From an uncultured Spirochaetaceae bacterium (lineage in GTDB: Bacteria > Spirochaetota > Spirochaetia > SZUA-6 > Bin103): a DNA stretch of 33,314 bases. Position 1 is the stretch's first letter, and the number at the start of each line of letters is the position of its first letter. Of the stretch, positions 9,943 to 18,770 are shown piece after piece. The position numbers and the translations under genes were made by a program. The DNA is taken from positions 1 through 33,314 of the forward strand of contig CAJWOB010000001.1 of the NCBI GenBank assembly GCA_913043885.1. Direction: 5' to 3'. The notes under the pieces were generated by a model. The model did not search any database. It worked only from the letters and a program-made list of their open reading frames with translations, and was not told the DNA's origin.

Positions 9943-11438
9943 CGGCCGATCCGGTCCTGCGGACCATCGCCGAGTATGCGGTCTCGCCACCGTCGTTCTC
10001 GGAACGCGCGTACGCCACCGCTCGCATGTGCCTGCTCGACGCCCTCGGCTGCGCCATCGCCGCGTTGCAGGCGCCGGAATGCCGGCGCATGTTGGGGCCG
10101 CTTCACCGGCCCACACCGGATCTGACCGGCGCGCCTGAGGACGGTGGCGGCGGCGGCGGGCACGCGGGCGCCGACGGCGTGCGGGTGGTGGGCACCACGC
10201 TGCGCACCGATCCGCTGACCGCCGCCTTCGACACCGGGGCGATGGTCCGCTGGCTCGACTACAACGACACCTGGTTGGCGGCGGAGTGGGGGCACCCGTC
10301 CGACAACCTGGGTGCGCTGCTGGCGGTGAGCGACGGGGTCGCCGCCGGTGCCTTCGGCACCGACAGGCAGCGGACGGCAACGGTCGGAGAGCTGCTGAGC
10401 GCGATGATCCAGGCGTACGAGATTCAGGGCGTGCTGGCCCTGCAGAACGGTTTCAATCGGTTGGGGCTCGACCACGTGCTACTGGTGCGGGTGGCCAGCG
10501 CAGCGGTGGCAGCGGCGCTGCTGGGAGCCGATGTCGACGGCGTGGTCACCGCGCTGTCGCACGCCTTCATCGACGGCGGTGCGTTGCGCACCTATCGCCA
10601 CGGCGCCCACACCGGGTCGCGCAAATCGTGGGCAGCCGGCGACGCCACCCGGCGCGGGCTGTGGCTGGCGCTGGTCGCTCGTCGCGGCGAGATGGGCTAC
10701 CCTGGCGCCCTGGGAGCCGAGCGCTGGGGCTTCGAGGACGTGGTGCTGCGCGGCGAGCGCCTGTCGCTGCCGCGCGAGCTCGGCTCCTACGTCATGGAGA
10801 ACGTGCTGTTCAAGGTGGCGTTCCCCGCCGAATTCCATGCTCAGAGCGCGGTGGAGGCAGCTTTTCAGCTCCACCCGCAGACCGTCGCCCGGCTGGACGA
10901 GGTGGCGGAGGTCCGCATCGAGACCCAGGAATCGGCGGTCCGTATCATCGACAAGAGCGGCCCGCTGACCTCGCCCGCCGACCGCGATCACTGCCTGCAG
11001 TACATGGTCGCCATCGGGCTGCTCAACGGTGAGCTGACCGCCGAGCACTACCGCGACGAGGCCGCCGCCGACCGTCGGGTGGACCGGCTGCGCGGTCTGA
11101 TGACCGTGGTGGAGGAACCGCGCTACAGCGCCGACTACCTCGACGCGGACAAGCGCTCGATAGCCAACGCCGTGCAAGTGCGGTTCACGGACGGTGCCAC
11201 CACGCCACGGGTGGAGGTGGAATACCCGCTCGGTCACGCCCGCCGCCGCGAGGAGGCGGCGCCGCGCCTCGCCGAGAAGCTCATCTCGAATGTGTCGGGG
11301 CGCTTCACGGAACGCGGCGTCGAGGAGATTCGGCAGCTGTGGGAGGCGGGTGCCGGCCTCGATGAGCTCCCTGTGGCGCGGCTGGTAGATGTGTTTACAT
11401 CGGAGCTGGAGTCGGATCCGGCGCGAGGCGCCGAATAG
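9939..11438 (+). CDS. prpD: 2-methylcitrate dehydratase (MmgE/PrpD family)
   Basis: 499-aa ORF with PrpD-like sequence (LLDALGCAIAAL, DYNDTWLAAEWGHPSDNLG, DRDHCLQYMVAIGLL). The GTG start overlaps the prpC stop. Confidence 0.88.
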   Translation: MTADPVLRTIAEYAVSPPSFSERAYATARMCLLDALGCAIAALQAPECRRMLGPLHRPTPDLTGAPEDGGGGGGHAGADGVRVVGTTLRTDPLTAAFDTGAMVRWLDYNDTWLAAEWGHPSDNLGALLAVSDGVAAGAFGTDRQRTATVGELLSAMIQAYEIQGVLALQNGFNRLGLDHVLLVRVASAAVAAALLGADVDGVVTALSHAFIDGGALRTYRHGAHTGSRKSWAAGDATRRGLWLALVARRGEMGYPGALGAERWGFEDVVLRGERLSLPRELGSYVMENVLFKVAFPAEFHAQSAVEAAFQLHPQTVARLDEVAEVRIETQESAVRIIDKSGPLTSPADRDHCLQYMVAIGLLNGELTAEHYRDEAAADRRVDRLRGLMTVVEEPRYSADYLDADKRSIANAVQVRFTDGATTPRVEVEYPLGHARRREEAAPRLAEKLISNVSGRFTERGVEEIRQLWEAGAGLDELPVARLVDVFTSELESDPARGAE

Positions 11439-11512
11439 TGCGTCCAGGGCGACTCGAACGCCCGACCCGCAGCTTAGAAGGCTGCTGCTCTATCCAGCTG
11501 AGCTATGGACGC
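11439..11512 (-). tRNA. tRNA-Arg (anticodon TCT)
   Basis: The reverse complement GCGTCCATAGCTCAGCTGGATAGAGCAGCAGCCTTCTAAGCTGCGGGTCGGGCGTTCGAGTCGCCCTGGACGCA is 74 nt with anticodon loop CTTCTAA. Abuts the prpD stop codon. Confidence 0.92.
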
Positions 11513-11537
11513 GTGAAATGGCCGCCGCGCGGCCGAT

Positions 11538-11610
11538 TCGGGATGAGAGGACTCGAACCTCCGATCTCCTGCTCCCAAAGCAGGTGCCCTAGCCGCTGGG
11601 CTACATCCCG
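11538..11610 (-). tRNA. tRNA-Pro (anticodon TGG)
   Basis: The reverse complement CGGGATGTAGCCCAGCGGCTAGGGCACCTGCTTTGGGAGCAGGAGATCGGAGGTTCGAGTCCTCTCATCCCGA is 73 nt with anticodon loop TTTGGGA. Confidence 0.92.
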
Positions 11611-11630
11611 GTGGTTCGCCTGCGACTATA

Positions 11631-12461
11631 TCACAGCCCATAGCGGCGCGCGGTCAGCCGACCGGCCAGGCTGTCGGGGAGCAGTCGCCTGATCTGCCGT
11701 AGGACGGGGGCGGCGCCGCCGACCGCGACCACGGCAGGTGGACGGTGTGCGCGGAGCACCCGTGCTACCGCTGCGGCCACGTGGCCTGGGCCTGCCGCAC
11801 TCGCCATCTCACGCTCGCGCGCGGCCGTCACACTGGTGTGGGCGGCACGATAGGGCTCGCTGGGCGTGCCACTTATCGGCGCAATCTCCGTGGCCAGGTC
11901 GCCGGGCTCCAGGTGGGTGACCCACACGCCCTGACCGCGCAGCTCCTCGCGAAGCGCCTGGGTGTAGGCCCGCAGGGCCGCCTTGGTGGCCGCGTACAGG
12001 GACTGCAGCGGCACCGGGTAGTCGGCGATCAGCGAGCCGACGGTAACCACGCGACCGCCGGCGGCACGCAGCCGCGGTAACAGCAGCCGCATGAGCTCCA
12101 TCGGCCCGATGACGTTGGTGGCGAACAGCGCCGCGACCACGGCAGGGTCGGTGTCCTCGGCCGCCGACAACGCGCTGATGCCGGCGTTGCTGACGACGGC
12201 GTCGAGACGAGGGCCGAAGCGCTCCGCCAAGCGGGCGCACGAGCCCGGATCGGACACGTCTAGCTCCCATAGCTGACCAGGCGGCGGTGCATCGACGGCG
12301 TCCGGGTGCCGCGAGGTGCTGACGACCTGCCAGCCTTCGGCATCCAGCCGCTCGGCGATGGCACGGCCGATGCCGCGGCTCGCACCGGTAACCAGGGCGA
12401 TTGGTGCCGGCCTGCCGCTGGTGTCGCTGTCGGTGTTGCTGGCGCTGTCGGTGGCACCCAC
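11631..12461 (-). CDS. SDR-family oxidoreductase
   Basis: The C-terminal ~277 codons of ORF 11631..12878 carry TGASRGIG, NAG and YAATK motifs. The Arg/Gly-rich N-terminal extension of the long ORF looks non-coding and is antisense to nth. The GTG at 12459-12461 (VGATDSASN...) is the last start before the Rossmann motif. Confidence 0.8.
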   Translation of the reverse strand: MGATDSASNTDSDTSGRPAPIALVTGASRGIGRAIAERLDAEGWQVVSTSRHPDAVDAPPPGQLWELDVSDPGSCARLAERFGPRLDAVVSNAGISALSAAEDTDPAVVAALFATNVIGPMELMRLLLPRLRAAGGRVVTVGSLIADYPVPLQSLYAATKAALRAYTQALREELRGQGVWVTHLEPGDLATEIAPISGTPSEPYRAAHTSVTAAREREMASAAGPGHVAAAVARVLRAHRPPAVVAVGGAAPVLRQIRRLLPDSLAGRLTARRYGL

Positions 12462-12470
12462 AATCCAACC

Positions 12471-13151
12471 GTGGCGTCGGCGACAACGGCCGTCAAACTG
12501 CAGCGTCGTGCCGAGGCTGCCCTGCGCGAGCTGGCCACCCGCTACCCCGACACCCGCACGCCGCTGCACCACGACAACGGCTTCCAGCTGCTGGTGGCCA
12601 CGATCCTCTCCGCGCAGACCACCGACGAGCAGGTGAACCGGGTGACCGCGCAGCTGTTCCACCGCTATCCGGATGCGGCGTCGCTGGCCGCCGCCGACAC
12701 CGAGGAGGTGGAGCAGCTGATTCGCAGCATCGGCCTGTTTCGCAACAAGGCTCGCAACATCGTGGCCTGTGCCGGAGAGCTGCTGGCACGGTTCGGCGGC
12801 GACATTCCCGGAGACATCGCCGCCCTTACTACCCTGCCCGGGGTTGGGCGCAAGACCGCCAACGTGGTGGCCGCCCATTACCTCGGCCTACCCGGGGTCA
12901 TCGTCGACACCCACTTCGGCCGGGTAGTGCGCCGCCTCGGCCTTACCGAGCAACGCAATCCGGATCGTGTGGAAGACGACATTCGCGCCATCGTGGCCGC
13001 CGCCGATCAATCCACCTTCTCGGCGGTGGTCAACCGCCACGGCCGTCTGGTGTGTCGGGCGCGGGATCCGCGCTGCGCGGACTGCGCGCTGGCCCCCCTC
13101 TGTCCGAGCGCTTGTCTCCCCGGGCAACCCGGCGGAACAATGCCGGCGTGA
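12471..13151 (+). CDS. nth: Endonuclease III (DNA-(apurinic/apyrimidinic site) lyase)
   Basis: Has FQLLVATILSAQTTDEQVN, the helix-hairpin-helix LPGVGRKTANVV, catalytic VDTH, and the C-terminal 4Fe-4S motif CRARDPRCADCALAPLC (C-x6-C-x2-C-x5-C). A GTG at 12471 is proposed; the ORF is open from 12306. Confidence 0.88.
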   Translation: MASATTAVKLQRRAEAALRELATRYPDTRTPLHHDNGFQLLVATILSAQTTDEQVNRVTAQLFHRYPDAASLAAADTEEVEQLIRSIGLFRNKARNIVACAGELLARFGGDIPGDIAALTTLPGVGRKTANVVAAHYLGLPGVIVDTHFGRVVRRLGLTEQRNPDRVEDDIRAIVAAADQSTFSAVVNRHGRLVCRARDPRCADCALAPLCPSACLPGQPGGTMPA

Positions 13152-14344
13152 ACCAACTGGAGGCGCTGCAGCGACCCGCCGACAGCAAGATCCTGCTGCT
13201 GGTGATGGACGGTCTCGGTGGTCTGCCGCGGGAGAGCGGCGGGCCAACGGAGCTGGAGGCGGCCAGCACGCCGCACCTGGACGAGCTTGCGGCGAGCGCC
13301 GAGTGTGGCCTGCACATCCCGGTGGCACCTGGAGTGGCGCCCGGTTCCGCGCCGGGCCACCTGGCGCTGTTCGGTTATGACCCGCTGGCGTATCCGATCG
13401 GCCGCGGCATCGTGGCCGCCCTGGGGATCGGGCATCCGGTGCAGCCGGGGGACGTGGCGGTGCGCCTCAACTTCGCCACCCGGGACAGCGACGGCACCAT
13501 CAGCGACCGCCGCGCCGGGCGCATACCTACCGAGCTGTGCACGGAGCTGAGCGCCAAGCTCGACCAGATCGAGCTGCCGGGAGTGTCTCTGGCGGTGCGG
13601 CCGGTGCGGGACTACCGGGCGGTGGTGGTGTTGAGCGGCGACGGCCTCAGCGACAGTGTGGCTGATACCGATCCGCAGCAGACCGGGCGCCCTGCCGCGG
13701 TGGCGGAGGCGCTGACGGCGGCGGGCAGCCGCACCGCCGAGGTAGTACGGGCGTTCGTCGTCGCCGCCGAGCAGGCTCTGGCCGACAGCACACCGGCCAA
13801 CGCTGTGCTGCTGCGTGGCTTTGCGCAGCTGCCGGCGATCCCATCGCTCGAGGAGCGCTTCGGCATCCGCGCGCTGGCCCTCGCCGTGTACCCCGACTAT
13901 CGCGGCGTCAGCAGGCTGGTGGGGATGGACGCCATCGACGGTCTGGCAGATCTGGGCGCCCAGAACGCAGCGCTGCACCGCGAGTGGGACGGTGGTGATC
14001 TGTTCTTCGTCCACCACAAGTACACCGACTCGAAGGGCGAGGATGGTGATTTCGATGGCAAGGTCGCCGAGATCGAGCGGGTGGATGCGGCGCTACCGGA
14101 TCTGCTGTCCTCGAATCCGGACGTGGTTATCGTCACCGGTGACCACTCCACTCCCAGCGTGTTGCGCTCCCACAGCGCGCATCCGGTCCCCTTCCTGATT
14201 GCGGCAGCGGGCTGCCGCCCCGACCGCGTCACTCAGTTTGGTGAGCGGGAGTGCGCTGGCGGCGCCTGGGGCGTCATTCCCGGACGCCAGCTGCTGCCCA
14301 TCGCCCTCGGCCACGCCGGTCGCTTCGGTCGGTTCGGTGCCTGA
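13148..14344 (+). CDS. apgM: Cofactor-independent phosphoglycerate mutase, archaeal type (ApgM family)
   Basis: VNQLEALQRPADSKILLLVMDGLGGLP..., ...FFVHHKYTDSKGEDGDF and VVIVTGDHSTP are typical of the ApgM/alkaline-phosphatase superfamily. The GTG start overlaps the nth stop (GTGA). The long Arg-rich upstream part of ORF 12401..14344 is an out-of-frame shadow of nth. Confidence 0.82.
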   Translation: MNQLEALQRPADSKILLLVMDGLGGLPRESGGPTELEAASTPHLDELAASAECGLHIPVAPGVAPGSAPGHLALFGYDPLAYPIGRGIVAALGIGHPVQPGDVAVRLNFATRDSDGTISDRRAGRIPTELCTELSAKLDQIELPGVSLAVRPVRDYRAVVVLSGDGLSDSVADTDPQQTGRPAAVAEALTAAGSRTAEVVRAFVVAAEQALADSTPANAVLLRGFAQLPAIPSLEERFGIRALALAVYPDYRGVSRLVGMDAIDGLADLGAQNAALHREWDGGDLFFVHHKYTDSKGEDGDFDGKVAEIERVDAALPDLLSSNPDVVIVTGDHSTPSVLRSHSAHPVPFLIAAAGCRPDRVTQFGERECAGGAWGVIPGRQLLPIALGHAGRFGRFGA

Positions 14345-14975
14345 CGGCGCGGCCGCCCTCGAGAACGAGGACCTCCTCGACCGTTACCAGGCTGGAGAGG
14401 GGGCGCAGCTTCGCGTCTACGAGCCCGCGGAGCGCGTCATCGTGGTGGGGGCCGGGCGTCAGGCGGCCGAGGATGTTGCGTTGCCGAGCGCGGTGGTGGC
14501 CGGTATACCGGTGCGCAAGCGGCGCGGCGGTGGCGGCACCGTGCTGCTCACTCCTGGCCAGGTGGTGGTGGCCCTGGTCACCGCGGTCGCCCACCCATTC
14601 CGCAACCGGGAGTACGCGCGGCGGGTGAACGGGTGGATTGCCGAAGCGCTCGGCGGTCTGCTGGGCAGCGGGCACGAGCCCATAGCCCACCGCGGCATCA
14701 GCGATCTGGCAGTGGCGGACCGCAAGATAATGGGCACCAGCATCTTCCGGCGCCGCCAGATCTTCTTCTACCAGGCAAGCCTGCTGGTGACCAACGACGT
14801 GGCCGAGTTCGCCACCTACCTGCGGATGCCCGGCATCGTTCCGGATTACCGCCGCGGCCGCTCCCATCGGGAGTTCTGCACCACGCTGCGGGAATGCGGG
14901 TACGCAGGCGCCGCCGCCGACGTGGTGGCGCTGCTGGACGCGGTGCTGATGCCTCGCTTCGGCGCGCTGGACTGA
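14337..14975 (+). CDS. Biotin/lipoate A/B protein ligase family protein
   Basis: Sequence (RVYEPAERVIVVGAGRQ, PVRKRRGGGGTVLLTPGQV, ISDLAVADRKIMGTSIFR) resembles the LplA/LipB-like catalytic domain with the GGG and K-containing motifs. The GTG at 14337 overlaps the apgM end by 8 nt. Confidence 0.65.
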   Translation: MPDGAAALENEDLLDRYQAGEGAQLRVYEPAERVIVVGAGRQAAEDVALPSAVVAGIPVRKRRGGGGTVLLTPGQVVVALVTAVAHPFRNREYARRVNGWIAEALGGLLGSGHEPIAHRGISDLAVADRKIMGTSIFRRRQIFFYQASLLVTNDVAEFATYLRMPGIVPDYRRGRSHREFCTTLRECGYAGAAADVVALLDAVLMPRFGALD

Positions 14976-14998
14976 CGGCGACAGCTACGGCCAGTGGG

Positions 14999-15742
14999 CT
15001 ACGGCGCGCGCACCGCGTCACCCGGCGCGTTCCACCAGCGGCGCAGCTTGCGGCTGCCCAGCAGCTGCCACGCCCAGCTGGTCGCTCCTCGATACGCGCT
15101 GTATTCGACGCAAAGCACCGCTGCCTGCCAACGTCGGCTGGCCAGGACGCCGTCGTCGGCGCGGGTCGGCGCGTGGCGCACCGCTCGCGACGTCTCCTGG
15201 CTCGGTGCGCCAGGGGCCAGCAAGAAGCCGTCCGCGCGGCCTAACGCTGCAGCTGCCACGCCGGACGCGGCCTGGCTCTCCACGTGATGGGTGATGGCCT
15301 CGAGGAGGGTGGGGTTGGCCAGTGGCAGGACCACCCGGCTGACTGAGCCGCGGAGTGCGCCAGCGCGCAGAGCATCGGTGCGTAGCGCCGTCTGTACGGC
15401 AAGGTCGTCGGCGACGCAGCCGCCGTGCAGCGTCGCCAGCACGCTGGTGACGGCGGGCACCGCCGCGCTTCCGGAGATGCTGCTGAGTGCGGCTACGGGC
15501 ACCACGGGCGGCAGCGCGTGGGTGACGCTGAGTCCTGCACTGGCGAGCGCGTCTTGCAGCCGGCGCGCGGAGGTCATGAGCGGGTCGCCTGGGATCAGCG
15601 CCGCGACCCACACGGTCTCGGTGACACCGGAGTCGCTCGCCGCCTCGGGCGCGAGGCGTGGCGCGGACCGCCCCTCGCCATCGACCTTGCCTGCGGTGAC
15701 AGCGGCCACGCCGGCCACTATACTCCGCAGCCGCGGTGCCAC
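14999..15742 (-). CDS. Hypothetical protein (Ala-rich, no family recognised)
   Basis: 247-codon ORF with a GTG start and a strongly G/C-biased third codon position, consistent with true coding. The overlapping minus-strand ORF 15018..15797 is Arg-rich and looks like an off-frame shadow. The start may be further downstream. Confidence 0.55.
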   Translation of the reverse strand: MAPRLRSIVAGVAAVTAGKVDGEGRSAPRLAPEAASDSGVTETVWVAALIPGDPLMTSARRLQDALASAGLSVTHALPPVVPVAALSSISGSAAVPAVTSVLATLHGGCVADDLAVQTALRTDALRAGALRGSVSRVVLPLANPTLLEAITHHVESQAASGVAAAALGRADGFLLAPGAPSQETSRAVRHAPTRADDGVLASRRWQAAVLCVEYSAYRGATSWAWQLLGSRKLRRWWNAPGDAVRAP

Positions 15743-15783
15743 CGCACGAGCGCCGGGGGCGGCGACCGCACCGAATCGAACCG

Positions 15784-16557
15784 ATGGTAGAGCGCATTCA
15801 AGAGATGGCCTCCAGGCTTGGCGCCATCGTGACCCAATGGCAGGGCGTGGAGGCGATACTGCTCGGTGAGGCTGCGGAGATCGACCGGCTCGATCCCTAT
15901 TTCAGCGTCGATCTGTTCGTGTTTCACCGCGACGAATTGCCCACTGCGGAGGTGCGGATCGAGCAGCTGACTGGTACCGCGGCGTTCCAGTCCACCGAGG
16001 AGCAAGCTGTCGACCGTTTCCTCCTCGACGAGCTGCCGGTGAGCGTCAGCTACTACCAGATCGATCGCCTCGATTCCGTTCTGACCCGCGCCGAGGAGCG
16101 TCTATGGGCGGTGCGCGAGTCGGGCACCAAGATGCTGTACCGCCTGCAGAACGGCCATCCGCTGCATGAGTCGTCGGACTGGCTGAACCAGGCGCGCGAG
16201 CGGCTGCACCAGCTGGCCGAGAGCTTCTGGGAGTCGATCATGGCGAGTGCGCGTGCCGCCATGGAGGTGGACCTGCGCTATGTCAGCGCAGCCGTGCATC
16301 GCGGCGACGATCTGATCTACCTGAGTGCCGCAGCGACGTTCGTCCACAACGTCATCAGCTTCCTCTTTGCCTATAACCAGCAGTTCGAGCCGAGCGGTCG
16401 GCTGCTGCAGGCCAGGCTCCAAGAGCTGTCGAGGCTGCCAGATGGATTCGTCGGCCGGCTCGAGAGCTTCGTGCGAACCGACCAGGAGCTGAGCCCCGGA
16501 CGCGAGCGGGAGATTGCGGAGCTTATTGCCCGCAGCGTTGTTGAGCTGGCGCCATAG
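15784..16557 (+). CDS. Hypothetical protein, possibly nucleotidyltransferase-fold with helical C-terminal domain
   Basis: ATG 15784 (MVERIQEMASRLG...). VEAILLGEAAEIDRLDPYFSVDLFVF resembles the G[SE]-x(n)-D-x-[DE] minimal NTase motif, but the second acidic residue is replaced (VDLF). The family assignment is a weak guess. Confidence 0.6.
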   Translation: MVERIQEMASRLGAIVTQWQGVEAILLGEAAEIDRLDPYFSVDLFVFHRDELPTAEVRIEQLTGTAAFQSTEEQAVDRFLLDELPVSVSYYQIDRLDSVLTRAEERLWAVRESGTKMLYRLQNGHPLHESSDWLNQARERLHQLAESFWESIMASARAAMEVDLRYVSAAVHRGDDLIYLSAAATFVHNVISFLFAYNQQFEPSGRLLQARLQELSRLPDGFVGRLESFVRTDQELSPGREREIAELIARSVVELAP

Positions 16558-16570
16558 CACCGCCGCCCGG

Positions 16571-18343
16571 ATGCTCCCGCCAGGGCGCAGGTCTGCACCA
16601 AGGCGGTGGCTCCACGTGGTTGCAGCCGCGCTCTTGTGCATCGGGACCATAGGCTGCGCCGGGCGAGCCGGTGCGGTGCCTTTCGCCGACCAGCAGGGGC
16701 GGGTAACCGAGCTGCGTGCCGACCGGCGCCCGGCCGAAGAGCGGCGGAGTGCACGGGCGGCGCGGGTTGCGCCCAGCTCCTTGGCGCCGGCGGCGGGCGT
16801 CCGCGCTACCGCGTTGTTTCGTCTTCCGGCGGAGCTGTCCCTGGCGCCTACCGCGGGCGGCGTCTTCGTCGAAGTAAGCGGCGACGCCAGCGACATTACC
16901 GTCGAGATATTCGACGGCTCCGGTGCGCCCATGTGGTTCGAGCCGCTGCTGGTCGAAGGAGCCGGTACTCTGCGGCACGAGTTTCGGCTACCTCCGGAGC
17001 GGTCGATCGTCGGGCTGCGCGTCGTCAGTGACGGTGCGGGAGGGGAGCTGGAGCTGCTGGCAGCCGGTGTCGCGATCGTCGGCCCGCGGCTGTCGTTTGC
17101 GCCAGGCCTGGCGGTCACGGGAAGCTACTTCCCACTTGCCGGTGTCCACCGGGTCGATGGCTCCGCAGGGGTCCCGTTCGGTCTCCGCGCGCGGGTAGCT
17201 CCAGAGCTGTGGGAGGGCCTCGCCGACGACGGTTGGCTGATCGCTCTGCGGCTATGGTCCACCGGCGCGACCGAGGCTGTGGTTACCCTGTACGACCGGC
17301 CGTTGGCAGCCGGGGAGGGCAGGACCGCCCGCCCAGAGAGTACTGCGCGCTACCGGGTGCGGCTGGCCGGCGGCGAGAGGTTCGTGCACATCCCCTCGGC
17401 ACTGCTGCAATTTCGCCCGCAAGCGCTCACCGTCGAGGGACGGGACGTTGGCGTGGTATCACTGGCCCACGAGCTGCTGCCGGGGGCGCGCGAGGGAGTC
17501 GAGCCGCTGGCCATCCCCGCGGATGCCGCGGCGGTGCTGGCTGTCCGCCCGGAGCGCTGGCGACAGCCGGAGTACGAGCTGTACGCGTGGAACGCGGCGC
17601 CGACCCGAGCGCCGGTGCTCATCTTCGATACCCGCGACTACAACACCCAGGCGCGACTGTTTCGACGGCTGGCCTACTTCGCCGAGAAGCGCGGCTACCG
17701 CGGCGCGGTGCACAGCGACCAGGCGCTCGAGGGTCGCCGCGGCTGGAACGCCCACGACTACACCGCCGCCGACCTGGCTCAGTTCTTCTCGGTTGCCGCC
17801 AACGACGGCGTCGTTCTCACCGAAGAGGAGCTGCGGCTCCGCCAGCATCTGCTGGACCACGGAGTGATACTCACTGCAGAGGGAGGATGGCGGGCGGGCG
17901 AGGGCGCGGTGCTGTCGATTAGCTACGAGTCGAACCCGTGGTTACGCGGGGTGCTGTTGAATCATGAGCTGCTGCACGGCGTGTTCTTCACTGTGCCTGG
18001 CTTCGAAGTGGCGGCGGAGGGAATCTGGCTGGGCCTCGACGGACAGAGTCGACAGTTCTGGCGCCGCCTGTTCCGACACATCGGATACGACGATGCCCAC
18101 GAGCGCCTGATGATCAATGAGTTTCAAGCCTACACGCTACAGCAGAGCCGCGATGGCCTCATGAGCTGGCTACGGACATGGGGACAGCGCTTGCGTACCC
18201 GCTACCCCGACGAGGCCGACGCGATAGAGCTGATGGTTGCCGACCAGGACGGTCACCTCGCCGCATACGATCAGCTGCGGAACGCGCTCTTGGTGACCAC
18301 CGGTCTGGACAGCGAGGAGCTCGCGCTCATGTCCGTCGAATGA
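16571..18343 (+). CDS. Putative lipoprotein with C-terminal HExxH motif (possible metallopeptidase-like domain)
   Basis: ATG 16571. MLPPGRRSAPRRWLHVVAAALLCIGTIGCAG is a signal peptide with lipobox-like IGTIGC. NHELLHGVFF (HExxH) lies near the C-terminus. No family recognised. Confidence 0.65.
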   Translation: MLPPGRRSAPRRWLHVVAAALLCIGTIGCAGRAGAVPFADQQGRVTELRADRRPAEERRSARAARVAPSSLAPAAGVRATALFRLPAELSLAPTAGGVFVEVSGDASDITVEIFDGSGAPMWFEPLLVEGAGTLRHEFRLPPERSIVGLRVVSDGAGGELELLAAGVAIVGPRLSFAPGLAVTGSYFPLAGVHRVDGSAGVPFGLRARVAPELWEGLADDGWLIALRLWSTGATEAVVTLYDRPLAAGEGRTARPESTARYRVRLAGGERFVHIPSALLQFRPQALTVEGRDVGVVSLAHELLPGAREGVEPLAIPADAAAVLAVRPERWRQPEYELYAWNAAPTRAPVLIFDTRDYNTQARLFRRLAYFAEKRGYRGAVHSDQALEGRRGWNAHDYTAADLAQFFSVAANDGVVLTEEELRLRQHLLDHGVILTAEGGWRAGEGAVLSISYESNPWLRGVLLNHELLHGVFFTVPGFEVAAEGIWLGLDGQSRQFWRRLFRHIGYDDAHERLMINEFQAYTLQQSRDGLMSWLRTWGQRLRTRYPDEADAIELMVADQDGHLAAYDQLRNALLVTTGLDSEELALMSVE

Positions 18344-18770
18344 GCCTGGCGGCAGATACCGCCACCACGCCCACACTCAGGCCGGCAACGTTGACCGCCG
18401 CATCACGGACATCTGCGGTTCTGCCGACGAACGCCTGGCCGATTTCCAGCGCCGCGCCGTAGAGCGCGCCGACCGCTATCGCCGCGAATGCGGTGAGTAT
18501 CAGGCTGCCGAGCGAGCCGCGAGCGCTGAGGGGTAGCGCCAGCGCCAGTAGCACTCCAAGTGGGAGGTAGCCGGCGAAATGGAGCGCCGTGTCGGTGAGG
18601 TTCCACTGGGGGGGGATGAGCTCACGCGGATCCGGATACAGCGACAGGACCAGGACCAGGACGGAATAGGCGACCAGCGACCGGCGGAGAAGACGTCCGC
18701 GGACCTCAACCGGTTGCGTCCCTTCAGCCTTCTGCGCCATGGAGGTAGCTCGATACCGCGAGACCGGCAA
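18327..18770 (-). CDS. VanZ-like family membrane protein
   Basis: Small hydrophobic protein with the VanZ pattern (DTALHFAGYLPLG ... EIGQAFVGRTADVRDAAVNVAG). An alternative ATG at 18740 (MAQKAEG...) would reduce the overlap with the upstream gene. Confidence 0.75.
   Translation of the reverse strand: MPVSRYRATSMAQKAEGTQPVEVRGRLLRRSLVAYSVLVLVLSLYPDPRELIPPQWNLTDTALHFAGYLPLGVLLALALPLSARGSLGSLILTAFAAIAVGALYGAALEIGQAFVGRTADVRDAAVNVAGLSVGVVAVSAARLIRRT

Noticed and set aside
12401-13147. Long N-terminal extensions of track ORFs: 12401..14344 before apgM, 30883..31302 before trpGD, 12462..12878 before the SDR, 7787..7939 before prpB
   Set aside because: The extensions are Arg/Pro/Gly-rich, lack third-position GC bias, and overlap neighbouring well-supported genes in another frame. 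The conserved domains begin at the downstream starts.
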